Assembly (NCBI GenBank): GCA_043817075.1
Contig: JBDRHG010000005.1
Coordinates: 3,120 to 67,119, forward strand
Source of the DNA: an archaeon
Lineage (GTDB): Archaea > Nanobdellota > Nanobdellia > Woesearchaeales > JAADFO01
Length of the DNA stretch: 64,000 nucleotides
Direction: 5' to 3'
Both the position numbers and the translations under genes were made by a program. Of this stretch, positions 30,126-39,774 are shown piece after piece. Below the pieces are notes generated by a model that saw nothing but the letters and a program-made list of their open reading frames with translations, was not told the DNA's origin and did not search any database. Numbering within the stretch: position 1 is the first letter of the stretch; each line of letters begins with the position of its first letter.

Positions 30126-31709
30126 ATGAGCGATTACTTACGTACAATCAAGGATATCGACCTGAACGACAAGATCATATTTCTCAGGACATCATACGAC
30201 CTGCCTCTGGACTCTTCCAAGGACATCAGGACAGCGGAGCGGATCAAAGACGACTCAAGGATCAGGGACTCCATCCCGACCATCAAATACATCCTCGGCC
30301 AGAGACCAGCCAAGCTTCTCATAGCCGCCGGCTGGATGGGACGCCCCAAGGGCGAGGATACCGGCCTGACCATGGCACCGGCCGTGCTCCGCCTCCAGGA
30401 CATGCTTGACGAGGCAGGGATCAAGACCACAGTCAGGCTCGCGCCGGACTGTCTCGACGGATCGGCCCCCCGCAGCGTCTACCGCAACCAGGACGAGGTC
30501 AAGAAAACCGTCGACGACCTCGGTAAAGGTGAGGTGCTCATTTTCGAGAATGCCCGATTCGACAAAGAGGCCAACAAAGGCGATCCAGGATTCGCCAGAT
30601 TCATGGCGTCGCTGGCGGGGAAGGGAGCGGTCTATGTCAATGAGGCCGAAGCTCAGAACCATCGACCGGAAGGAACGGTCAAGCTCGTCCCTGGATTCAT
30701 CGTCGAGGCAGGCGGCGATGCGGTGTTCGGCCTCAAGTATTTCAGGGTCATGGAGAGCATCGGCGGCATAGGCAAGACGCTCAAACAGCAGGATAGGGGT
30801 CCGTTCGTCTTCTTCCTCTCCGGCAAGAAGATCGAGGTCGCACCAGGCATCACATCCAAGATCACCGTCACCCATAAGCTCCTCGACAGCATGCGGGAGG
30901 GTGACACCGTCGTGGTGCAGGGAGCGGTGACGTATACATTCCTGCTCGCGAAGGAATGGTACGACGCCTTCGACCAGAAAAGAGCCATGATCAAGACGCT
31001 CATCGATGAACACCATGAAAGACTCGAGACCGAGACTGAGGGGAAGTCCAGCGATGAAGCTGCAGAGATCGAGGTGACCATCCAGAAAGAGAAGAGCGAA
31101 GCCATCCTCGAAGCGATAGGCAAGAACCAGGACGATATCAAGGCCCTGATCGGAGGCTCTTATCGCAAGAAGGGACAAGAGGGCGAGCAGGTCTTCTTCG
31201 CATATGATGTGATCGCGAAAGCCAAGGAACACGGCGTACGTGTGCAGCTCGCCGTCGACCATTGCATCACCGACAGAAAGCCCAACAAACAAGGTATCCT
31301 TCCCGACGACGCGGATATCAAGGTATACCCGAAGGCCACCGGCATACCTGACGGGTGGATGGCAGTTGGTCCTGGTCCCCAGACCGTCCGCAACCTCAAG
31401 AACGCCTATGCCGGAGACGGTAAAGGCATCTCCCTCCAGGCCGGTCCGCTTCAGATCGAGGATCGCCGTGTCGAGGGGATCTCCAAGGCCAATACCACCC
31501 TCGGCGAGATCCTCCGAGAGGTCAAGGCCGCCGGTTGGACGACGATAGCCGCAGGAGGGGACACAGCGTCAGAGACCACGCAATGGAATAATGAGGATGC
31601 GTTCTCAGTCATCTCCAGTGCAGGCGGAGCGACTCTGGAGCTCATGCAGAGCGGCACCTCTGTCGGCGCAGAGGCCATCCGATCGGCGGTGTCATCCAAG
31701 AAGGACTGA
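30126..31709 (+). CDS. pgk: Phosphoglycerate kinase. The gene is unusually long because of charged insertions.
   Basis: 527 aa, against about 410 for typical PGK. The N-domain substrate site, the GGGMAYTF-like region and the C-terminal GGGDT/GGGASLE motifs are present. A charged insert of about 65 aa lies in the C-domain. Confidence 0.85.
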   Translation: MSDYLRTIKDIDLNDKIIFLRTSYDLPLDSSKDIRTAERIKDDSRIRDSIPTIKYILGQRPAKLLIAAGWMGRPKGEDTGLTMAPAVLRLQDMLDEAGIKTTVRLAPDCLDGSAPRSVYRNQDEVKKTVDDLGKGEVLIFENARFDKEANKGDPGFARFMASLAGKGAVYVNEAEAQNHRPEGTVKLVPGFIVEAGGDAVFGLKYFRVMESIGGIGKTLKQQDRGPFVFFLSGKKIEVAPGITSKITVTHKLLDSMREGDTVVVQGAVTYTFLLAKEWYDAFDQKRAMIKTLIDEHHERLETETEGKSSDEAAEIEVTIQKEKSEAILEAIGKNQDDIKALIGGSYRKKGQEGEQVFFAYDVIAKAKEHGVRVQLAVDHCITDRKPNKQGILPDDADIKVYPKATGIPDGWMAVGPGPQTVRNLKNAYAGDGKGISLQAGPLQIEDRRVEGISKANTTLGEILREVKAAGWTTIAAGGDTASETTQWNNEDAFSVISSAGGATLELMQSGTSVGAEAIRSAVSSKKD

Positions 31710-31827
31710 AAATTGTTTTTTCTATTTATTTTATCAATTCTCTCAAAAACCTTTTATGAGAGGACGAATTCCGTCCTATACTCTCTGGGTGGACCATAGA
31801 GTATTGATTGAGATGTACGGGAAGTAG

Positions 31828-32580
31828 ATGAGCATAGACGAGAAACTAGCCAGTGGAAAGCAGGAAGCCCAGGGAGCCGGCGGCCTAGAGCATAAGCTCA
31901 CATATGGCGACGTGATCAAACGGACACTCCTCTTCGGCGCAGGGCTCGCGACATCATACCTCGCTGGCAGCGCATTGTTCGGTCCTGAGATCGGTGGCAA
32001 GATGGCCGGCACCGGTGCCATCGCAGGAGGCATCAATGCTGTCGGCCGCCGTGTGACAAAGTCATTCTTCCCATCAATCAAGACACATACACGCAATAAA
32101 TCAGAATCCTTCATGGGACTCATCTTCGGATCGTTGAGCTACGCATACTATTTCTCGGTCGGGACTTTCATGCAAGCAGGGAATCTCGCCAAGGCATTCA
32201 CCTTATACGCCCTTCACCAGGTAAACAATATCGGTCAGATGGGCTACAATGACATCGTCGACAGGTATTCACCATTCAAGCTGGTCAAAGGCCTGAATCC
32301 TAAGTACCTATTCAAGAAGAACTTGAGCGACGAGGAGAAAAAAGTATCGACCTATCACATCATCGGTGATTTCTTCTCCGAGTACAAGAAGACGATCGGC
32401 ATATTCGCTGGCATCGGGCTCATCACATCGGTGGCATCAAAATATTTCTTGCTCACAAATGTGCCATCGACGGTGTTAAAGACCTTGCTCCCGGTCGCCT
32501 TCGGCTTGGTGTACAAGTTGATCATCGACTACATCGAGATCTCGAAGCGGCATTACCGTCCTGGATCGCAACCGGCATGA
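31828..32580 (+). CDS. hypothetical glycine-rich protein, probably membrane-associated
   Basis: 250-aa ORF with amphipathic or hydrophobic Gly/Ala-rich stretches. No recognisable domain was found. Confidence 0.4.
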   Translation: MSIDEKLASGKQEAQGAGGLEHKLTYGDVIKRTLLFGAGLATSYLAGSALFGPEIGGKMAGTGAIAGGINAVGRRVTKSFFPSIKTHTRNKSESFMGLIFGSLSYAYYFSVGTFMQAGNLAKAFTLYALHQVNNIGQMGYNDIVDRYSPFKLVKGLNPKYLFKKNLSDEEKKVSTYHIIGDFFSEYKKTIGIFAGIGLITSVASKYFLLTNVPSTVLKTLLPVAFGLVYKLIIDYIEISKRHYRPGSQPA

Positions 32581-32647
32581 CATGTGGTCGCGGAACGTAA
32601 AATGTCAGGGGAAACCTATTTATAGGAGCTGTCGGGGAGAAGAAAGG

Positions 32648-33406
32648 ATGGACCCGTTCTCTCTTTCCATCATCGGTGTCGCCGCATTCCTCGCGTCCAT
32701 GCTCGGTTCCATCGCTGGATCCGGCGGCCTGATCATGATGCCGCTCCTCATGATATTAGGCTTCAGCCCTCACGCGGCGATCGCGACCTACCGTTTCGGA
32801 TCGTTCCTATTCCACGTGAGCGCCAGCACGAATTTCTATACCCATCACATCCTCCATCCGAAACGAATACTTCCCTTGGCCCTGTTTGCGGTCGCCGGAA
32901 GCGTCGTCGGAGCCATGCTCGTGCTCGGACTTCCCGCGTATATCCTTGAACCCATCATCGGGGTATTGGTGCTGCTCATGCTCCTGGTACTCATCGCCAG
33001 GAAACAGATCGAACGTAGGCTTAAGGGACACGACCGAGATATCCCGGCGTGGGTGAACCACATCGGCGCACCCCTCATCTTCTTCATCATCGGTGCTTAC
33101 GGAGGATTCTTCGGTGGCGGAACTGGCACGTTGACTATCATCACGTTCATGGTGCTGCTTCGGCTCAATGCATTGAAGGCCACAGCGTCGGCGAGATTCA
33201 TCATACTATGCGGAGTGATCATGCCGCTGTTCATTTTCCTTTTCACCGGGCTCATCGATTATGTCGTCGGTCTGATTATTGGTCTGGGCTCTCTTTTCGG
33301 TGCCTGGGTAGGAAGCTCACTGGCCATGCGCATGGGTGACAAACGTATCGAATATGTCGTAGGAACCGTCTGTATAATCCTTGCACTCAAACTGTTCTTG
33401 TTCTGA
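32648..33406 (+). CDS. TauE/SafE (DUF81) family sulfite/anion exporter-like membrane protein
   Basis: About 250 aa from MDPFSLSIIG. It has multiple TM helices with the typical duplicated 4-TM architecture and G-rich motifs. Confidence 0.7.
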   Translation: MDPFSLSIIGVAAFLASMLGSIAGSGGLIMMPLLMILGFSPHAAIATYRFGSFLFHVSASTNFYTHHILHPKRILPLALFAVAGSVVGAMLVLGLPAYILEPIIGVLVLLMLLVLIARKQIERRLKGHDRDIPAWVNHIGAPLIFFIIGAYGGFFGGGTGTLTIITFMVLLRLNALKATASARFIILCGVIMPLFIFLFTGLIDYVVGLIIGLGSLFGAWVGSSLAMRMGDKRIEYVVGTVCIILALKLFLF

Positions 33407-33512
33407 AGAGATATAGAAGAGACGAAGGATATGATTTGAAAAGAGTTTGAGACATATCAGACAGAAGAAGATAAGAGAAAAAACGCGTCAATATCGAAAT
33501 AGACCACGCTGT

Positions 33513-34514
33513 TCACCAGACCATCTTGAGCATGTCGAGCATCCGGTTGGAGTAGCCCCATTCGTTGTCATACCAAGCGATGACCTTGACGAGGTTGCCA
33601 TTGGTCTGCGTCGACAGCCCGTCGACGATGCTAGAATGGGGATTGTCGATGATGTCGACCGACACTATTGGTTCGTCGGTGTATGCGAGCACGCCCTTGA
33701 GTTCGTTGTCCGCGACGGATGAGAAAAGCTTGTTCAACTCGTCGGCGGTCACGTCCTTGCCTATCAGCAAGGTGAGATCCGATATCGATCCGTCAAGCAC
33801 AGGGACCCGCAGGGCCATGCCGTCGAGTTTGCCTTTGAGATGGGGCAAGACCTGAGCGACCGCACGCGCCGCACCGGTCGTGGTGGGGATTATGGAACGG
33901 CCTGCCGCACGCGCGCGACGGAGGTCCTTGTGAGGGAGGTCGAGCACGTGCTGATCGTTGGTGTCGGCATGGACAGTCGTGAGAAATCCTTTTTCGATGC
34001 CATAATTGTCATCGAGGACCTTGATCACTGGTGCGATGCAGTTCGTGGTGCAGGACGCATTTGAGATGACATGATGTCTCTCCTTGTCGTAGTCGTGTTC
34101 GTTGACGCCTTTGACGATGGTGATATCGACGTCTTTACCCGGCGCGGAGATGATGACCTTCTTGGCGCCCGCCTCTAGATGCTTGGCAGCACCCTGCCGG
34201 TCACGGAAGTGACCTGTGCATTCCGCGACGACCTCGACGCCCTCGACGCCCCAGGGGATGGCAGCAGGATCCCGCTCAGAATGGACGCGGATGGGCTTGC
34301 CGTTGATGACGATGGAATCGTCGGTGTTGCTGACCTCGCCCTTGAACCTGCCATGGACTGAATCGTACTTGAAGAGATGTGCCAGGGTATGGGTATCCGT
34401 GAGATCGTTGATGGCCACGAACTCGACGTCGGGATCGTCGATGCCTGCCCTCACGATGAGCCGGCCGATGCGGCCGAAACCGTTGATGCCTACGCGTACC
34501 ATTGTTCTCTTCAC
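33513..34514 (-). CDS. gap: glyceraldehyde-3-phosphate dehydrogenase, type I (bacterial/eukaryal-type)
   Basis: 333 aa. It has the N-terminus [13 protein letters not shown] and the catalytic SNASCTTNC motif. Confidence 0.9.
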   Translation of the reverse strand: MKRTMVRVGINGFGRIGRLIVRAGIDDPDVEFVAINDLTDTHTLAHLFKYDSVHGRFKGEVSNTDDSIVINGKPIRVHSERDPAAIPWGVEGVEVVAECTGHFRDRQGAAKHLEAGAKKVIISAPGKDVDITIVKGVNEHDYDKERHHVISNASCTTNCIAPVIKVLDDNYGIEKGFLTTVHADTNDQHVLDLPHKDLRRARAAGRSIIPTTTGAARAVAQVLPHLKGKLDGMALRVPVLDGSISDLTLLIGKDVTADELNKLFSSVADNELKGVLAYTDEPIVSVDIIDNPHSSIVDGLSTQTNGNLVKVIAWYDNEWGYSNRMLDMLKMVW

Positions 34515-36932
34515 CTACTCCGGCGCGATGCCGAGCTCCCTCTCCTTCTCCGCGATCTTGAGCGTCGTCTTGACGACGGTGTCTGGGTTCAGGCTCATCG
34601 ATTGGATGCCTGCCTCGACGAGGAATTGCGCGAAGTCCTCATGGTCGCTTGGACCCTGCCCGCAGATGCCGATGTATTTCCCTTTCGCATTGGCTTTTGC
34701 GATCACTTGTTTGAGCAATTCCTTGACCGCCGGATCACGTTCGTCATAGATGCCAGCGACGAGCTCCGAATCCCTGTCGAGGCCAAGGGTGAGCTGGGTC
34801 AGGTCGTTGGATCCGATGGAGAAGCCGTCGAAGATGTCGAGGAAGTCGTCTGCGAGCACGACATTGGATGGGATCTCGCACATAGCGTAGACCTCGAGAT
34901 CGTTCTCTCCCTGCACCAGTCCGTGCTTGTTCATCTCTGCGATCACTTTCCGTCCTTCGCCAAGCGTCCGGCAGAAGGGGATCATGAGCTTGACATTGGT
35001 CAGCCCCATGTCGTCACGGACTTTCTTCATGGCCATGCATTCGAGTCCGAAGCCCTCTTTGTACTTCTCGTCGTAGTAACGCGACGCACCACGCCAGCCG
35101 ATCATGGGGTTGTCCTCATGCGGCTCGAACGGTTTACCTCCGATGAGATTGGCATACTCATTGGTCTTGAAGTCGCTCATGCGCACGATGACGGGTTTGG
35201 GATAGAAGGCCGCACCGATGGTGGCGACGCCAAAAGCGAGCCTATCGACGAAGAATTGGCTCTTCTTCTCATAGCCGAAGGTGAGGTCCTCGATCCGGGC
35301 TCTCACTTCCGGATCTGTGACCTTATCGAATTCAAGAAGAGCGCGCGGATGCACCTTGATGTATGAGTTGATGATGAATTCCTCCCGCGCCAGCCCGACG
35401 CCTTCACAGGGGATGAACGATGACGCGAACGCCTGTTCGGGGTTGCCCAGGTTCATCATGATGTGCGTCTTGGTCTTGGGCATCTCCTTGAGGTCGAGGG
35501 TCTCGATCTCGAAGTGCAGCTTGCCTGCGAAGACGTATCCTTCATCGCCTTGGGAACAGTCGACCGTGATCTCCTGGCCGTCGTGCAGCCTCTCGGTGCC
35601 GTCGATTGTGCCGACCAAGCAGGGGATGCCGAGCTCCCGCGAGATGATGGCGGCATGACAAGTGCGTCCGCCACGGTTGGTCACGATGGCGCTGGCGATC
35701 TTCATGATGGGCTCCCAATCAGGGTCGGTCATCTCGGTGACGAGCACCTCCCCTTCCTTGAAATGGGCGATGGCCTTGACATCCCTGATGACATGGGCTA
35801 TGCCGCTTCCGATCTTGGAGCCGACCGAGTGGCCCTCGACGAGCAAGTCACCCTTCTCTTTGAGACGGTATTGCTCGAGCTTGGTCATATCCTTCCGGGA
35901 CTGCACCGTCTCGGGTCTCGCCTGCACGATGAAGAGCTCACCGGTCTCGCCGTCCTTCGCCCACTCCATATCCATGGGCTTGAAGGTGCCGGCCTTGCTG
36001 CTGTAATGCTCTTCGATGCGTACGGCCCATCTTGCCAGCTCAAGGATCTCGTCATCGCTGAGGACGAATGTCTTTCGTTCTCTGGGATCGACAGGCACAT
36101 TCTTGATGTGCTTGTTGCCGGCCAAGTCGTAAATCATCTTGAGCTCTTTGCTGCCCAGCGCCTTGGAGATGATGGAACGGAAGCCCTGCTTGAGAGTGGG
36201 TTTGTGCACGTAGAACTCGTCTGGGTTCACAGCGCCCTGCACCACGTTCTCGCCCAGCCCCCATGCACCGGTGATGAATGCGGCGTCGCGGAAGCCCGAC
36301 TCGGTGTCGATGGAGAACATGACACCAGAGCATGCGAGGTCGCTTCTCACCATCTTCTGCACGCCGATGGAGAGCGCGATGGAGAAATGGTCGAAGCCCT
36401 TGTCCTGTCGGTAGGAGATGGCACGGTTGGTGAACAGCGACGCGAAGCATTTCTTGCAGGCCTCGATGAGCTGCTCAGGACCGCGGATGTTGAGATAGGT
36501 CTCCTGCTGGCCGGCGAAAGATGCGTCGGGCAGGTCTTCTGCAGTGGCTGATGATCGGACAGCGACGTCGGTGTCATGGCCGTACGCTTTTGAGAGATGT
36601 CCATACGCTTCGACGATGGCGTCCCTGAGCTCGGTCGGGAACTCTGCGGAGCGGATCAATGAACGAACCTTGTGCCCTCGCTCGGCCAGGTTGTCCATAT
36701 TGGTGGTATCGAGATCAGAGAGGGCTTTTTCGATGTGCTCTCTCAACTCAGCCTTCTCCAGAAGATAGCGGTAGGCATAGGCGGTGACGGCGAAGCCGTT
36801 CGGCACCCGTATGCCCTCTTCGGAAAGGTTTGTGTACATCTCACCCAGCGATGCGTTCTTCCCACCGACGAGGGGGACGTCGCCGATACCTAATTGGTCG
36901 AACCAGAGAATAAATGCGTTAGACTTATCCAT
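34515..36932 (-). CDS. ppsA: phosphoenolpyruvate synthase (pyruvate, water dikinase)
   Basis: 805 aa. It has ATP-grasp, phosphohistidine (GGRTCHAAIISRELG) and PEP-utilising domains. Confidence 0.9.
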   Translation of the reverse strand: MDKSNAFILWFDQLGIGDVPLVGGKNASLGEMYTNLSEEGIRVPNGFAVTAYAYRYLLEKAELREHIEKALSDLDTTNMDNLAERGHKVRSLIRSAEFPTELRDAIVEAYGHLSKAYGHDTDVAVRSSATAEDLPDASFAGQQETYLNIRGPEQLIEACKKCFASLFTNRAISYRQDKGFDHFSIALSIGVQKMVRSDLACSGVMFSIDTESGFRDAAFITGAWGLGENVVQGAVNPDEFYVHKPTLKQGFRSIISKALGSKELKMIYDLAGNKHIKNVPVDPRERKTFVLSDDEILELARWAVRIEEHYSSKAGTFKPMDMEWAKDGETGELFIVQARPETVQSRKDMTKLEQYRLKEKGDLLVEGHSVGSKIGSGIAHVIRDVKAIAHFKEGEVLVTEMTDPDWEPIMKIASAIVTNRGGRTCHAAIISRELGIPCLVGTIDGTERLHDGQEITVDCSQGDEGYVFAGKLHFEIETLDLKEMPKTKTHIMMNLGNPEQAFASSFIPCEGVGLAREEFIINSYIKVHPRALLEFDKVTDPEVRARIEDLTFGYEKKSQFFVDRLAFGVATIGAAFYPKPVIVRMSDFKTNEYANLIGGKPFEPHEDNPMIGWRGASRYYDEKYKEGFGLECMAMKKVRDDMGLTNVKLMIPFCRTLGEGRKVIAEMNKHGLVQGENDLEVYAMCEIPSNVVLADDFLDIFDGFSIGSNDLTQLTLGLDRDSELVAGIYDERDPAVKELLKQVIAKANAKGKYIGICGQGPSDHEDFAQFLVEAGIQSMSLNPDTVVKTTLKIAEKERELGIAPE

Positions 36933-37390
36933 GACAGAATCACCTCTTCACCCTCCTCGGAAGAAGGAGAGTATAAAAGGTTTTGTTGCGACTCGAGGAG
37001 GGTTATCAACACGACGTGAAGAAAACATTTATAAACGGTTGCCATTTCTCAGTGAAGAATGGCTCAGGACGAATTATAACGATTAAAGCCTTCAGATTTG
37101 CTCGAATCATTGGCACTAGCAAGAGAATGCTATGCATCACCACTAGATGTTGAGAATTTAGGGATTGAATTGCTGACGATTTCTGATCAATGGGAAAAGC
37201 AGGTCTGGGGACTGTCAAAAACAATGGACGACGGTACGAAAGTCCGAACAGAATATGCCAGTCTAGCTGGCCTGATTTCTACATATCTTCAAAAGGAACA
37301 TATCCCCACTGAACTAAAATAGAATCCACCACCATACACCTGATTCGAAGCAACCCCATCGTCCAAGCAATATAAGATCTACCTAATAAG

Positions 37391-37405
37391 CAAAATTTAT
37401 AAACC
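37391..37405 (+). promoter_or_regulatory. BRE/TATA promoter element (CAAAATTTATAAACC)
   Basis: It is an archaeal BRE-TATA consensus about 25 nt upstream of the ATG of the 37427 gene. Confidence 0.5.
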
Positions 37406-37426
37406 GCCAAGCTCATAGCATCACCG

Positions 37427-38665
37427 ATGGACGAAAAAAAGAGGGATGAGCTCGTCAAGAAGATGACAGTGATGCTGCTCGAGGGCAAGACGCATCACCG
37501 TGCCATCACGCTCCTCAAAGAAGAGGGTTTCACAGAGGACGATATCAAGCAGGCCATCTCCTTCCTGCGCATCGAGGACTTCAAGGGATTCTCAGAACAT
37601 TTCAAGAAGGAAGCTAAAGGCACAGAACTCACAATCTCAAAATCGGAGTCTGCAGAGGTAGAGAAGCCGGATCCTGTGCTCAGGAAAGAGGAACGCCAGA
37701 TCAAGAAGCTGGACAAGGCCATCGATCAGGAAGAAAAAGAAGTAAAGACCTACGAGAAGGCCGCGGCGTCGCTGGGCGGAAGCGATCTCTTCACGCGCGT
37801 CTTCCTCTTCGTCGTTCTCCTCGCGCTGCTCTTCTTCATCTTCTGGGTGCAGACACGCACCGAAGCCAACCTGCTGCTCGTCATCCTGGGATTCTCACCG
37901 TTCATCCTGACCACCATACTCACCGTCGTGATCATCGAACGCCATGGCATCGACCACCTGCCTTTCCTCTGGGTGGTAGGCATCATCCTCGTCATCATGT
38001 TCTTCTTCGTGACTTCGTCGGTAGAGAGTCCCTTGCTCGAGGAGCTTGACGGCGGTGAGCTCACTGCCATCAATGTGGTCGGCATCATGATTTTCCTCGG
38101 ATTCATATCGCTCTCCTGGGGCGGCGCCATGACACGCTCAGGCATCCGGACCAGCAAGAGAAGACGGAGAGAATCCGTGTCAGGGCTCATCGCCAACGGC
38201 ACGGTGACCGAGGAATGGCACACACCCGAAAGCATGCCTTTCAAGGAGACCGTGCAGTCCATCGAGGACAAGTGCAAGGCGCTCAACTTCGTCATCGGCC
38301 GCGTCTACGGCGAGCGACATGGGGGCGATGACGAGATGCGCGACCGCATCCGCATACCCAGCACCGTCTACAACCAATTCTCAACTGTCGAGAACTTCGC
38401 GTCAGAGGACGACCGCAAGCTGCTCCTCGACCTCCTCGGACAGATCAAGGAGCGGTTGGAACAATTGACCACGCCAGAGAAGGATCTCTTCGGGGCTCGC
38501 GTCACCCACCTGCGAAACCTCATGCGCGACATGGATGGCGAGGATTCCATCCTCACTGTGCTGGCAGAGAACGATAAGGACCCGGTGATGGCCTACTACG
38601 AGTCTGGCCTCGGTTTCTGCAATAACGCCATCAATTCTTTGCGCAAGGCAGAGAAGCACGATTAA
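37427..38665 (+). CDS. hypothetical membrane protein
   Basis: 412 aa. It has a soluble charged N-terminal domain, several TM helices and a C-terminal soluble domain. A BRE/TATA (caaaatttataaacc) lies about 25 nt upstream of the ATG, so the transcript is leaderless-like. Confidence 0.5.
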   Translation: MDEKKRDELVKKMTVMLLEGKTHHRAITLLKEEGFTEDDIKQAISFLRIEDFKGFSEHFKKEAKGTELTISKSESAEVEKPDPVLRKEERQIKKLDKAIDQEEKEVKTYEKAAASLGGSDLFTRVFLFVVLLALLFFIFWVQTRTEANLLLVILGFSPFILTTILTVVIIERHGIDHLPFLWVVGIILVIMFFFVTSSVESPLLEELDGGELTAINVVGIMIFLGFISLSWGGAMTRSGIRTSKRRRRESVSGLIANGTVTEEWHTPESMPFKETVQSIEDKCKALNFVIGRVYGERHGGDDEMRDRIRIPSTVYNQFSTVENFASEDDRKLLLDLLGQIKERLEQLTTPEKDLFGARVTHLRNLMRDMDGEDSILTVLAENDKDPVMAYYESGLGFCNNAINSLRKAEKHD

Positions 38666-38701
38666 AACGCGTTTTCTGAAATATATACAAGAGATGAGTC
38701 G

Positions 38702-39682
38702 CTATATCTTCGACTTGGTCACTTTCACCGGTCGCCGCTTCAGCGCGGCAGACAGTTTGCCCTTGGTCGCCAGGTTGTTCTTCGCTCCATGATGCCGCAG
38801 CACAGATTCAGCGTTGGTGGTCGCGGCCTTGAGCGCGAAAGATATGTCATCCTTCTCCATCATACCCCATAAGAAAGTCGAACCGAAAGCATCACCCGCA
38901 CCAGTGCACTCGACCACTTTGATATCATGGGCAGCAGCATGGTACATGGTCTTGCCATCATAGGCCCATGCGCCTTTCTTGCCGTCAGTGATGACGACCA
39001 GGGGCACATACTTATGCAACCGTTTGAGAAGACCGGGCATCTCGTCCTTGCCCACCAACATCTCAGCCTCTTCGCAATTGAGCACGAGGAGCGAAGTATA
39101 TTTCAGGATGCGATTTATTGACTTGAGCCCTTGCCGTGCCAGATATGCAGATGGATTGAATGCGATCCTGCTCTTGTGGCGCCGTGCATAGATCGCTAGC
39201 GCCTCCATCGACTTGAGCGACCGTTCCATCATAGAGCAGAAGTAATACCACTCGGTCTTGAACTTGGTCTTGTCGAGCTTGCCGTATTCGAGATTGTTGT
39301 TGGCACCCTTATAGGTCAGTATGGTGCGGTCGTGCTCGATCGAATCCAAGATGATGGAATAGCCGCCCATTATCTCTCCACGCTGGCCCACAAAGTCGAT
39401 GCCCTCTATCTCGAGGAAGGCCAACACCTGCTCGGAGTTCTGGTCACAGCCGAGGCGTCCGAGGAAAGCGGTCTTCTTACCGAGTCGCGCAAAGGCAGTA
39501 GACGTGTTCGTGCCGCCGCCACCGATAGTGAAGTCGAGTTCGGTGATGATGATCTTGGATCCAGAGGGATAGGCCAACAAGGTCTCTTCAGAATGGGCGT
39601 CCATGATCTTGATGAGCTCGCTACGGTCGGTATGGGCAAAGACATCGACTGTGGCAGAACCTATGCAGATCACATCGTACAT
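38702..39682 (-). CDS. PfkB-family carbohydrate kinase (ribokinase-like; substrate unknown)
   Basis: 326 aa. It has an N-terminal GG dipeptide region (IGGGGTNT) and the C-terminal DTTGAGD-like motif TGAGDAFGSTF. Confidence 0.75.
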   Translation of the reverse strand: MYDVICIGSATVDVFAHTDRSELIKIMDAHSEETLLAYPSGSKIIITELDFTIGGGGTNTSTAFARLGKKTAFLGRLGCDQNSEQVLAFLEIEGIDFVGQRGEIMGGYSIILDSIEHDRTILTYKGANNNLEYGKLDKTKFKTEWYYFCSMMERSLKSMEALAIYARRHKSRIAFNPSAYLARQGLKSINRILKYTSLLVLNCEEAEMLVGKDEMPGLLKRLHKYVPLVVITDGKKGAWAYDGKTMYHAAAHDIKVVECTGAGDAFGSTFLWGMMEKDDISFALKAATTNAESVLRHHGAKNNLATKGKLSAALKRRPVKVTKSKI

Positions 39683-39774
39683 ATGTCCTGAGGAACTCCC
39701 GGTTTTTATAAAATTTCGTCACCACATACCAGTATACAGAAGCATTTTTATACAATCCGCCGATGTAGTTTGAT

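Noticed and set aside
30255-31292. 345-aa minus-strand ORF
   Set aside because: It is antisense to pgk.
35463-36551. 362-aa plus-strand ORF
   Set aside because: It is antisense to ppsA, which has unambiguous PEP synthase motifs.
37180-37260. RNase P RNA-like GAAAGTCCG / ACAGAA motif
   Set aside because: The two conserved P4-strand-like strings are adjacent rather than ~300 nt apart. No other RNase P conserved regions are present.
37098-37322. 74-aa TTG-start ORF as a real gene
   Set aside because: It has no ATG, no RBS and no recognisable homology. It is retained only as a low-GC island observation.
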